This document shows, in pieces, positions 1 to 9,070 of a DNA stretch of 64,000 nucleotides. Origin of the DNA: Alkalispirochaeta sp. (GTDB lineage: Bacteria; Spirochaetota; Spirochaetia; DSM-27196; Alkalispirochaetaceae); assembly GCA_965601925.1 (NCBI GenBank), contig OZ271854.1, forward strand, positions 3,712,001-3,776,000, read 5' to 3'. Every line of letters starts with the position of its first letter. Position 1 is the stretch's first letter. The notes under the pieces are model-generated. The model saw nothing but the letters and a program-made list of their open reading frames with translations, was not told the origin of the DNA and did not search any database. A program made the position numbers and the translations under genes.

Positions 1-243
1 ATGTAATCGTACTGCGGACCGCGGATCGACTCAGCCTCTCGAACATCGACCGGATACGCGAGCTCGTCGAACCACTCTTTCCCTCGAACAAGGTCTTGGT
101 GCTCGAAGCGGGTGCGGATATCGAACTCTACCAGGGGGAGGGGGGCGTCAAATCGCTATGAGCTCCAGCCCTTTAACCGCGCGTGGTACCTTCGCACACT
201 TTTTTGTCAAAATGAAAACTTTGACTTTCGGGGGCAATCCGTA

Positions 244-708
244 GTGGCCGGCCGCCCTCGCACGCCCACAGCGCTGAAGATTCTCAAGGGCACGCATCGG
301 CCCGATCGGGCCGTCAACGAGCCGAATCCCGACGTCCCCCACGAGATTGTCGCGCCAGCGCTACTCCGCACCAAGCGCGCAAAAGAGCTGTATGTACGGA
401 TCGCCACGGAGTTGGCGCCGTCGGGTTTGTTCACCGTTGCCGACGAGCTTTCTCTTGTCGCACTGGTTCGCGTCGAGATCGTGCTTGATCGCCTGGAGCG
501 GAAGCTTAAACTCGACCTTATGGGCGGCGCGATGGGCGGGCCTGTCGCCGACCCGCGTCTCCCGGCGTACCGCGACCTCTTGAAGATCGCCGCGAATCTG
601 CGGCGAGGCTTTGGTATGGATCCGGCAAGCCGTTCTCGGATTGATTTGCCCGCCGCCAGCGAGGACGAGGGTGACGGCATGGGTGACATTTTGGCGGGGA
701 ACGGCTGA
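244..708 (+). CDS. Phage terminase small subunit (P27-like)
   Basis: GRPRTPTALKILKG N-terminus and FGMDPASRSRI motif; directly before TerL; GTG start at 244 chosen within ORF 112..708. Confidence 0.85.
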   Translation: MAGRPRTPTALKILKGTHRPDRAVNEPNPDVPHEIVAPALLRTKRAKELYVRIATELAPSGLFTVADELSLVALVRVEIVLDRLERKLKLDLMGGAMGGPVADPRLPAYRDLLKIAANLRRGFGMDPASRSRIDLPAASEDEGDGMGDILAGNG

Positions 709-2465
709 TGTGGCGGCGACTGCTTTGCGTGGCTGTCGGGGCGCTCGCGTTGGTTGAGCCGGCGTTTACCTACCACCAGTACGCCGCGGACGTCCGGAGC
801 GGCGAACAGGTAGCGTGTAAATGGGTTCGGCTCGCCGTCGACCGTTGGTACTCCGATCTCGATCGCCAGGGTTCAGACGCCCTTCCTTGGGTGTTCGATG
901 AAGCCCGAGCCAATCGCTATATCTCCTTCACTCGCCGATTGGAGCATACACAGGCGTTCACCGGCACCTTCGAGCCGCAGCCGTGGCAGCAATTTGCCAT
1001 GGCGAACATATTCGGATGGGTCCACCCAGACACAGGATATCGCCGGTTCCGAAAGACGTATCGCGAGGTAGCACGGAAGCAGGGTAAGACGTTCGGAGCC
1101 GCGGCAGAGGGGAACGCGGCGCTTCACCTGGATGGCGAGCGCGGCGCCGAGTTCTTCTGTTTGGCTCGAGACCGCGACCAGGCAATGAAGGCGTACACTT
1201 ATGTACGCGAGCAGAACCAGAACCACCCACTCCTCGCGCGACGCCTGAAGTTCTACAAGGGGCAGGCTCCGAAGATGATGGGGCGGGGCAACACCGGAAG
1301 CGGCGAGCTCGATGCATCCGTTCTCATCCGGCCTGTTACGAAGGATCCGAGGAAACAGGATTCATGGAATCCCCATATCATCCTCGTCGACGAGTATCAC
1401 GCGCACGACACCAACGACCTTATCAACGCCTACGAGTCAGGCACGGGGTCCCGCCCGCAGCCATTGACGCTCATTATCACGACCGCGGGAACGAACTATG
1501 ACGGGCCGGCGTACCAGGAGGAGCGCGCGACGCTGACGCGTATGCTCACCGGCAAGATCCCAATGTTGGAGCGCTTCTGGGGGACCATTTACACGCTGGA
1601 CGACGGCGACGACTACACCGATGAGCGCGTGTGGATAAAGGCCAATCCGAATCTCGGTGTTTCGGTCTACGTCGACTATCTTCGCGATCGCGTGGCTGAG
1701 GCCGCGGTCAGTCCCCGGAAAGCGACCGATGTGCTGACCAAGAACTTTAACGTGTGGCAATCCTCGGAAACGCGGTGGATGACGCCCGAGGTATGGCAGC
1801 GCAACGGGCATGCTGTCGATGAAGAGAGCCTGAAAGGCGCCGGTGCAGCGGGCGGCTTGGACCTGAGTTTGACCACCGATATCACCGCGCTCTGTTGGGC
1901 GTTTCCACTCGTCGATGGCCGCCATCCGATGATTTGGCGGTTCTTCATTCCGACGGATCGCCTTGTAGAGCGGATTCGTCGTGATCGCGTGCCGTACGAC
2001 GCGTGGATCAAACAGGGATGGATCATCCCGTGCGCTGGCGAGACGATCGACTACAGCCTCGTCACGCAGACGATTCTGGACGACGCCGCGACCTTTGGCG
2101 CGTCGCGGCTCGGGTACGATCCGTGGCATGCGGGAGAGGTCGAAGAGGCGGTTGTAGATACTCTCGAACTGGTGAAGTACCGGCAGAGATACGAGGACAT
2201 GGGGCAGCCGTCGTTGATGTTCGAGCATCTTGCAATAAACGGCGCCATTGCTCACGGAGACAACCCGGTCATGGCGTGGATGATGCGTAACACCGAGATC
2301 AAGGAGGATCGCCAAGGGAACATCATGCCCATGAAGCCACGGCGCGACGGGTATGGGAAGCGCATCGACGGGGTTCCGGCTGGCATCATAGCACTCGATC
2401 TCGTTCGAGGCGGAATGCCCGACACCTCCAGTGTCTACGACACAAAGGAGGTGCTGCTCCTATGA
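708..2465 (+). CDS. Phage terminase large subunit
   Basis: Walker A VARKQGKT, Walker B ILVDEYH, ITTAG, W.KANPNLG, GLDLS nuclease motif, KRIDG. Confidence 0.95.
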   Translation: MWRRLLCVAVGALALVEPAFTYHQYAADVRSGEQVACKWVRLAVDRWYSDLDRQGSDALPWVFDEARANRYISFTRRLEHTQAFTGTFEPQPWQQFAMANIFGWVHPDTGYRRFRKTYREVARKQGKTFGAAAEGNAALHLDGERGAEFFCLARDRDQAMKAYTYVREQNQNHPLLARRLKFYKGQAPKMMGRGNTGSGELDASVLIRPVTKDPRKQDSWNPHIILVDEYHAHDTNDLINAYESGTGSRPQPLTLIITTAGTNYDGPAYQEERATLTRMLTGKIPMLERFWGTIYTLDDGDDYTDERVWIKANPNLGVSVYVDYLRDRVAEAAVSPRKATDVLTKNFNVWQSSETRWMTPEVWQRNGHAVDEESLKGAGAAGGLDLSLTTDITALCWAFPLVDGRHPMIWRFFIPTDRLVERIRRDRVPYDAWIKQGWIIPCAGETIDYSLVTQTILDDAATFGASRLGYDPWHAGEVEEAVVDTLELVKYRQRYEDMGQPSLMFEHLAINGAIAHGDNPVMAWMMRNTEIKEDRQGNIMPMKPRRDGYGKRIDGVPAGIIALDLVRGGMPDTSSVYDTKEVLLL

Positions 2466-4072
2466 GCTGGCTCAAGGACATCCGACAAGCGGTGCGTGGG
2501 TTCGCCGCCCTCGCCGAGTCGCGCAGTAGCCTCGAAAACCCCAAGATCCCAATCTCCTCGAAGGAGATCATGGCCTACTTCGAAGGAATGCCGACGTCGA
2601 CCGGCTTGACCGTCAACGAGGACAAGGTCATGGGCGTCGCGGCGATACTCTCGGTCATTCGAGTGCTCGCCGAAGGTATCGCGGCCCTCCCGTTGGAAAC
2701 CTATCGCCGCACCGAGAACGGCGGGCGGGAACGAGCGACGGACCACCCCGCGTATCGCATGCTCAAGCTGAGACCAAACCCGTTCATGAGCGCGATGCGG
2801 TACTACGAGCTTGCTATGAAGCATGTCGTTCTCCGTGGACGGCATTACGCAGAGATACAATTCGATTCTTCCGGTTATCCCGTGGCGTTTTGGCCGCTGA
2901 GCCCGACCGACACCGAGCCGGTCTATACGGAGCGAGAGAGCCTCGTCTATGTGACGACAATCGGTAACGAGCGGGTCGGGCTTCCGGACTATCGTGTACT
3001 GCATATCTCTGCACTCGGCGACGGGATCAAGGGCGGCGGCCTTCTCGACTACAGCCGGGAGACGGCGGGCTACGCGGCGGCACTTGATCAATATCAAGGA
3101 AAGTTCTTTGCGAACGGCGCGCACACAAATGGTTTTCTGAAACATCCGGCAACCCTCACAGACTCCGCTCGCGAACGTCTGAAGAGTGCGTGGAAAATGG
3201 CTCACGGCGGCTTGTCCAACGCTCATCGCACGGCAGTACTCGAGGAGGGTGTCGAGTGGGTGAAGACCGCCGTATCTCCAGAGGAAGCACAGGCGATCGA
3301 AGCACGCAAGCTCACCCGGAGCGAGATAGCTGGCCTCTATCGGGTATCCGCTCATTTCATCAACGATCTTGAGCACGCGACGTTTTCGAACGTCGAAGAG
3401 CTCAACATATCCCACGTCGTACACGCGATACGGCCGTGGGCGGTACGCTTCGAGCAGGAGATGGACTACAAACTCTTCGCGGGAGAGCCGCAGATGTACG
3501 TCAAGTTCAATCTCGACGCTTTGCTCCGAGGAGACAGGAAGAGCCGATCGGAGGCGTTAGAGATTGAGCGGCGGAACGGTGTGCTCACCGCGAACGAGTG
3601 GCGAGAACTCGAAAACCGCAATCCCGTCGCTTCACCGTACGGCGACAGTTTCATGCTCCAGGTAAACAACGCACTCGTCGGAGCAGATGGACGGATAACA
3701 CCGCTATCTACGAGCAATCTGCCCCGCGATCGAAGTGTCGCAAGGAAGATTGCCATGGCGTTTCTCCGGGACTCCCTTCGTCGAGTGGCGTCGCGGGAGA
3801 AACGCGCAATCGAGAAACATCTGAAATCGAGTGAGGCCCAAGCAATGGGGGAGGAGGCGGCCGTTCGTTCGTACTGCATGAGCGCGGACTGGATCGAGGA
3901 AGTCCTGTATCCCGCCATCCGGGCCGCGAACAGTGCAGGGTTATCTCTTGACGCCCGGGGTTACCCGGACCGGTCCATCGAACAGTATCGCAACACAAAG
4001 CTCGACCGCTGGGAGGAACGGCGGATCAACGCAGAGCTGGCCACGGTAGGAGGATTCAATGCCGAGACATGA
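2462..4072 (+). CDS. HK97-family portal protein
   Basis: FFANGA, AVLEEG, ATFSNVEE, TANEWRELEN motifs; position after TerL. Confidence 0.95.
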   Translation: MSWLKDIRQAVRGFAALAESRSSLENPKIPISSKEIMAYFEGMPTSTGLTVNEDKVMGVAAILSVIRVLAEGIAALPLETYRRTENGGRERATDHPAYRMLKLRPNPFMSAMRYYELAMKHVVLRGRHYAEIQFDSSGYPVAFWPLSPTDTEPVYTERESLVYVTTIGNERVGLPDYRVLHISALGDGIKGGGLLDYSRETAGYAAALDQYQGKFFANGAHTNGFLKHPATLTDSARERLKSAWKMAHGGLSNAHRTAVLEEGVEWVKTAVSPEEAQAIEARKLTRSEIAGLYRVSAHFINDLEHATFSNVEELNISHVVHAIRPWAVRFEQEMDYKLFAGEPQMYVKFNLDALLRGDRKSRSEALEIERRNGVLTANEWRELENRNPVASPYGDSFMLQVNNALVGADGRITPLSTSNLPRDRSVARKIAMAFLRDSLRRVASREKRAIEKHLKSSEAQAMGEEAAVRSYCMSADWIEEVLYPAIRAANSAGLSLDARGYPDRSIEQYRNTKLDRWEERRINAELATVGGFNAET

Positions 4073-4766
4073 CATTTTGACATTTCCCGTTGAAGTCCGA
4101 AGCGAGCAAGTCGGCAACACGGAACAACGGAAGATCGTCGGTCGACCCGCGGTGTACAACCAGCTGTCTGACGACCTCGGCGGGTTTCGAGAGCGCATCC
4201 TTCCAGGAGCGTTCACGAAGACACTCCAGGAGAGCAACGTCAAAGCGCTGTGGAACCACGACGACAACTATGTGCTCGGGTCACGCAAGGCGGGCACGCT
4301 CACAATCATCGAAGACGGCGAGGGGCTTTCGTTTGAGGCCGCGCCCCCAGACACGCAATGGGCTCGTGACTTCATGCAGTCCGTCGAGCGCGGCGATGTC
4401 GATCAGATGTCGTTCCGGTTTCGGACCATCCGAGACCGCTGGGTCAAGGATGAGAACGATCAGCTTCTCCGCGAGCTCGTCGAGGTTCAGCTGGTTGAAG
4501 TCTCCCCTGTAACGTTCCCGGCGTACCCGCAAACATCGGTCGATCTCCGAACCATGGGTGTCGAGATCGATCCCGAAGAAATCCAAGAAATTGCGCTCCG
4601 GTCTGCCACCGGTCATCTGACCGATGCTGATCGTGCGCGACTCACCGAAATCCGCACCGCGATCGCACAACTATCCGCGCCGGCCGAGAGCCACCCGGAG
4701 GAGGAGGCGATTGAGGAGGCGGACGACTACCACGATCGCGAACGAGCGATCGAGTTACTCATGTAG
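4059..4766 (+). CDS. HK97-family prohead protease
   Basis: FRERILPGAF, ALWNHD, QMSFRF, EVSPVTFPAY motifs. Confidence 0.95.
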   Translation: MPRHDILTFPVEVRSEQVGNTEQRKIVGRPAVYNQLSDDLGGFRERILPGAFTKTLQESNVKALWNHDDNYVLGSRKAGTLTIIEDGEGLSFEAAPPDTQWARDFMQSVERGDVDQMSFRFRTIRDRWVKDENDQLLRELVEVQLVEVSPVTFPAYPQTSVDLRTMGVEIDPEEIQEIALRSATGHLTDADRARLTEIRTAIAQLSAPAESHPEEEAIEEADDYHDRERAIELLM

Positions 4767-4774
4767 GAGGCACA

Positions 4775-6028
4775 ATGGCCCTGCGATTCGAGAAGATTAT
4801 AGAAATGCGCAAGGAGCGCAAGAAGCTGTGGGAAGAGGCTCGGACGTACCGCGACGAGAAGGAGAAATCGCACGACGATGGCAAGCTCACCGCCGAAGAG
4901 CGCTCGGCATATGACCAGCGCCTCTCCGATGTCGAGGCACTCACACAGAAGATCGAGGACGCGGAGCGCGAGCTGGCGATCGAAGAGCGAATGCTCGAGG
5001 ACGACGCCAAGAGGAAAGACGTCGAACGCACAAAAGGCGACAAAGACGAGCGATCGGTACAATACCGCGCCGCCTTCGACGCTTATCTCCGCCATGGTTT
5101 CTCTGGCCTCGACGCGGAGCAGCGTTCTCTCATGCAGGAGGCGCGCACCGAAGCGCGCGCCATGGGTGTCGCTCCTGACTCGGCGGGCGGGTACACCGTA
5201 CCGAACGAGATGATGTCCGTCATCATCGACGGTCAGAAGGCGTTTAACGGTGTGCGTCGATCTCGGGCTGAGATTATGCCGTCGTCCGATGGCCGCCCGT
5301 GGGACATGCCAACGGGCGACGATACGGGAGTTGAAGGTGAACAGATCGGCGAGAACCAGCCGGCGACCGAGGGTGACATAACACTCGGAACGAAGCCGTT
5401 CCCGGTCTACAAGTACTCGACTCGCATTATCCGCGTATCGATGGAGCTCCTGCAGGATTCGAACACCAACATCGAGAACTACATCTCGCGGAAGATGATG
5501 GAACGGATCGGCCGCGTTACCGAGCGGAAGTTTACGGTGGGGACCGGGACGGCTGAGCCCGAAGGTATCGTAACGGCTTCCGCGCTTGGACACACCGCTG
5601 CCGCGGCAACCGCCATAACTTACGACGACATCATCGATCTGACGGACTCGGTGGATGAAGCTTATTCGGTCAACGCTGAACTGATGTTCAGTAAGCGCGT
5701 CCTCACCGCTCTCAAGAAGCTCAAAGATGCCGACGGTCGACCGCTGTGGGTACCCGGGGTTGCCATGCGAGAACCCGATCGACTCGCTGGCTATCCGTAC
5801 GTCGTCAATATGCACATGGCCGACATCGCGGCGAGCGCGGTCACGATGCTGTTCGGGGATATGAGCTACTTCAAGGTTCGGGATGTGGCTGGCGGCGTCA
5901 TGCTTCGGCTCACCGAACGGTATGCGGAGTTCAACCAAGTCGCGTTTCTCGGATTCTTCCGACACGGATCCGCGTTGCCGGATCCGGGAACGAACCCGAT
6001 TAAGCATATGGTTCAGGCGGCGGTATAG
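4775..6028 (+). CDS. HK97-family major capsid protein
   Basis: N-terminal coiled coil (delta domain), GGYTVP, ELLQDS, KLKDADGRPLW, FGD; AGGAGG RBS. Confidence 0.95.
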   Translation: MALRFEKIIEMRKERKKLWEEARTYRDEKEKSHDDGKLTAEERSAYDQRLSDVEALTQKIEDAERELAIEERMLEDDAKRKDVERTKGDKDERSVQYRAAFDAYLRHGFSGLDAEQRSLMQEARTEARAMGVAPDSAGGYTVPNEMMSVIIDGQKAFNGVRRSRAEIMPSSDGRPWDMPTGDDTGVEGEQIGENQPATEGDITLGTKPFPVYKYSTRIIRVSMELLQDSNTNIENYISRKMMERIGRVTERKFTVGTGTAEPEGIVTASALGHTAAAATAITYDDIIDLTDSVDEAYSVNAELMFSKRVLTALKKLKDADGRPLWVPGVAMREPDRLAGYPYVVNMHMADIAASAVTMLFGDMSYFKVRDVAGGVMLRLTERYAEFNQVAFLGFFRHGSALPDPGTNPIKHMVQAAV

Positions 6029-6070
6029 ACCGCACAGTCCCGGCTCCGGCCGGGACCATTGGGAGGGATC

Positions 6071-6265
6071 GTGAAGAGAATACATGTCAACAAGCCGGTA
6101 GCCGGCGCCTCGTACTCCTACGCGCCGGGTTTCGTTGAGTGCGAAGATGCGGTTGCCGACGATCTCGTTCGCGCGGGACACGCGGAGTACGTAGATGAGA
6201 ACCCACGGAAAGCCAAGTCGGAACGAGCTACGGCCGCCAAAGTCGAGACCGTCGATAGGAGTTGA
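6071..6265 (+). CDS. Small phage hypothetical protein
   Basis: GGGAGG RBS; LVRAGHAEYV motif typical of small post-capsid genes. Confidence 0.6.
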   Translation: MKRIHVNKPVAGASYSYAPGFVECEDAVADDLVRAGHAEYVDENPRKAKSERATAAKVETVDRS

Positions 6266-6267
6266 CC

Positions 6268-6885
6268 ATGGCGTTGTCCGCGAATGCCCTTGTCGATCTG
6301 AACACCGCGAAAGCGTGGCTCCCTCACTTGGTTCAGACGGCAGGGCCAGCGTCTAACTCGCTAACAGACGAGGAGATGGAGCGCTATATCGAAGCTGCAT
6401 CACAAGCCGCCGAGAGAGTATCTCGTCGCAACCTTGCGGCGCGGAACTATATCGATGTCTACAGCGGTCGTGGCCACAACGAGCTCCTACTGATGTATTG
6501 GCCCGTGATCGCCGTGACTGGTGTACGCATCGCTGCCGACGGAATGTTCGACGACGCAGTGGACGAACCATCCGACTCGTATGAGCTCGCCGACCAGTGC
6601 GGTGGTCTCATTCGACGAAGATCGTGGCCGACGGGATACCGGTCGATCAGAGTGAGCTACCGAGCGGGATACGAACTGCCAAGCGTCGGCGGGGTCCACG
6701 TGGTTCCCAGCGACCTTGAACGCGCGGTGTGCGAGGTAATCGATTGGATGAGGCAGCGAGATCTCAATCAAACCATCGGAATCCGCACAACCATCGGCGC
6801 GGATGGTCTCCAGACGAGCTATAGCCTCGATGTGCCGTTGTCGGCGCGCAGGGTGTTCGAGAGCTATCAAGAGGTGCGTATCTAA
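6268..6885 (+). CDS. Head-tail connector/adaptor
   Basis: Synteny; YIEAAS..AE, V.YRAGY...VPSDLERA pattern. Confidence 0.75.
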   Translation: MALSANALVDLNTAKAWLPHLVQTAGPASNSLTDEEMERYIEAASQAAERVSRRNLAARNYIDVYSGRGHNELLLMYWPVIAVTGVRIAADGMFDDAVDEPSDSYELADQCGGLIRRRSWPTGYRSIRVSYRAGYELPSVGGVHVVPSDLERAVCEVIDWMRQRDLNQTIGIRTTIGADGLQTSYSLDVPLSARRVFESYQEVRI

Positions 6886-7271
6886 TGGCGACGCGACGGC
6901 GGAAAAACATCGTCGTAGAAGACCGGTCTCGAGAGGTGTTGAACGAGATTCGCGATACCGAACGACAGGTCATGAACAAACTGCGTCTGGAGGCTCTGGA
7001 GGAGCTTCAGACGCGGGGCCGGAGACACCAAGGGCCAACCGGAAACTATAACGCGGAGTTTTTCGCAGAAGTGGAAGACTCACATATCGGCTTGAGAATG
7101 GGGAACGCCGCCTCGCACGCCCATCTTGTCGAGCTCGGAACTGGGGTTCGTTCGACGGCTACCGGCGCGAATCGCGGCGTGATGCCGGCGTTCGGTGTCA
7201 TTAGAAAATCGGCGCTGGCATTCCGGCGCACGGTTTTCGACGCCGTGGAAAAGGCGCTAAAGCGTGATTAG
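6885..7271 (+). CDS. HK97 gp10-like neck protein
   Basis: AHLVELGT and MPA motifs; synteny. Confidence 0.65.
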   Translation: MATRRRKNIVVEDRSREVLNEIRDTERQVMNKLRLEALEELQTRGRRHQGPTGNYNAEFFAEVEDSHIGLRMGNAASHAHLVELGTGVRSTATGANRGVMPAFGVIRKSALAFRRTVFDAVEKALKRD

Positions 7272-7656
7272 CGACTCTGCTCTCTTGGTCCGCGATCACC
7301 TCGTTACGCTCCCAAAGGTCACCGCTTTGGTTGGCGACCAGGTCTTTGAAGTCGGCGACGCGCCCGACGGTCCGGGATCATGGGGGATTCTGGCTGCGGA
7401 GATCGATGGAGGGTATTCCGAGTCGCTGGTGCTGCGCACGCCGCTGGTACAGGTGACGGCGTTTTCAGCGGATCGATCATGGAGTCGGCGCGTTACCGGG
7501 GCTGTAATCGATACCCTCGGTGCGTTTTGCGGATGGATGGGCTCGGTCTGGGTCGTGTCGACCTATCAGGCCGAAGCGGAAACGAGAGAGGCGATAGGGG
7601 GCGTGTACCGGTGGGCATACTCTGCCGATTTCGCCCTCAAGTACCAAGGAGTATAG
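7264..7656 (+). CDS. Putative tail terminator protein
   Basis: Size and position before the tail tube; VTALVGDQVF, VQV pattern. Confidence 0.55.
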   Translation: MISDSALLVRDHLVTLPKVTALVGDQVFEVGDAPDGPGSWGILAAEIDGGYSESLVLRTPLVQVTAFSADRSWSRRVTGAVIDTLGAFCGWMGSVWVVSTYQAEAETREAIGGVYRWAYSADFALKYQGV

Positions 7657-7657
7657 C

Positions 7658-8455
7658 ATGTCTACAGCAAGGTATGAGGCGATCCATATTCCGAGCGGCT
7701 CGGTTGTGCGCATTGGCGACGACGTCGCCGCGATGATCGAACTCGGGGTTTTGTCCGGCGACTCGAGCGCGAACATCTCCTACGACTCGGTCAGCGTGGT
7801 CGGAAGTCAAGACGAAGACGTCATGGTCTACGTGAAGAACATGCGGGTTGAGGTGAGCTTTACCCTCATGCAGCTAATGACCGCGAACATCCAGCGGCTG
7901 CTCGATGGTGTCGCGACGATGGTAACCACAAGCGGAAATCCTGTGATCGGTGCCCAGCAGACCATTCCGGCGGGCTGGGTTGAGAACCGAATGATCCGCA
8001 TCGCGCGCCAGAATGCTGACGGCTCGAAACCGACAATCAGTAGTGTTGTCGCGGGCGGCCCTGGCACCGAAAACGACGACTATTTCGTCGTCCAAGCTGC
8101 GGACGGAACGTGGTACATCATGCTTCGCACAGACGGCACCGGTCTGTTCTTGACGAGCCAGGAAGTGACCGTCACATACGACTACACCCCGGCAGCATCG
8201 AACACGCTACGGATGGGCAGTCGATCGGCGGAGCTTAAACCCAAGATCGTCGAGGTAGAGAAGATAGTGCAAGGAAAAAAGTTCCGCGTGCGTCTGTGGT
8301 CCGCTCGGAACGAAGGGGGGCTTGAGCTAAGCTTCCCGGCCGCGAACAGTGACGACCCGGCTACGCTCCCGGTGACCGTCACCGGCAAGCTTGATACCAA
8401 TCGAGTTGATGGCGAGCAGCTGATAGACATCTACGACGAAATCGGAGTGGCGTGA
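7658..8455 (+). CDS. Putative major tail (tube) protein
   Basis: Synteny, AAGGAG RBS, beta-rich 265 aa. Confidence 0.65.
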   Translation: MSTARYEAIHIPSGSVVRIGDDVAAMIELGVLSGDSSANISYDSVSVVGSQDEDVMVYVKNMRVEVSFTLMQLMTANIQRLLDGVATMVTTSGNPVIGAQQTIPAGWVENRMIRIARQNADGSKPTISSVVAGGPGTENDDYFVVQAADGTWYIMLRTDGTGLFLTSQEVTVTYDYTPAASNTLRMGSRSAELKPKIVEVEKIVQGKKFRVRLWSARNEGGLELSFPAANSDDPATLPVTVTGKLDTNRVDGEQLIDIYDEIGVA

Positions 8456-8456
8456 C

Positions 8457-8873
8457 GTGCGGACGATAGACCTGAATCAGCGCGACCGGCCCGAGATAGA
8501 GATCTCGCTTTCAGGTCAAACGTGGCGACTTCGGCGCGTAGTGATGGCGACGTACCAGCTCTATCAGCAACTGGTTGCTGGAGCGGACGAGGCGCAGATT
8601 CGGGCCGCGCAGTTACATGATTATCTCGCCGCCGGACTCGCTGATGACGACGATGCGGCCGCGCTCTATCGTGAAATCAACGACGAGATAGAACTGCGTC
8701 AAGAACTCACCTACGACACGATAGAGTCCATTCTTGTCGCAAACGGATACGAGTTCGACCGTCGGTGGTGGGAAGAGAACAGCGATCGGCATGAGCAACA
8801 TGCGTTTATCGCTGCAGCCATGAACAAAGACCTGCAGAACGTGCCAGCCGGTAAAAAAAAAGCGGATGGTTGA
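8457..8873 (+). CDS. Tail assembly chaperone (gpG-like)
   Basis: Between tube and tape measure; ends GKKK over an A9 slippery run. Confidence 0.7.
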   Translation: MRTIDLNQRDRPEIEISLSGQTWRLRRVVMATYQLYQQLVAGADEAQIRAAQLHDYLAAGLADDDDAAALYREINDEIELRQELTYDTIESILVANGYEFDRRWWEENSDRHEQHAFIAAAMNKDLQNVPAGKKKADG

Positions 8874-9070
8874 GCTGGGAGCGAGTAGCGCTCGTCGTGC
8901 GCAAGCACTTCGGCGCGCGGTTTGACGAGTTCTGGTGGGAATGGGATTTCCCACAGATGCGTAGCGCGATGGAGTTGACGAGCAAATCCGAAATCGAGTG
9001 GTGCTACGTCGAGAAATGGCGGAGTCAAGACCTTATGAAGATACCGCAGGTGAAGGTGACACGTGCCTGA
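8870..9070 (+). CDS. Tail assembly chaperone frameshift extension (gpT-like)
   Basis: -1 frame relative to the upstream gene and open from the A run at 8853-8861. Confidence 0.65.
   Translation: MSWERVALVVRKHFGARFDEFWWEWDFPQMRSAMELTSKSEIEWCYVEKWRSQDLMKIPQVKVTRA

Noticed and set aside
4727..6181. Long antisense ORFs (also 2435..3424, 1437..2315, 56789..57898)
   Set aside because: Shadows of well-supported genes in GC-rich DNA, with no motifs
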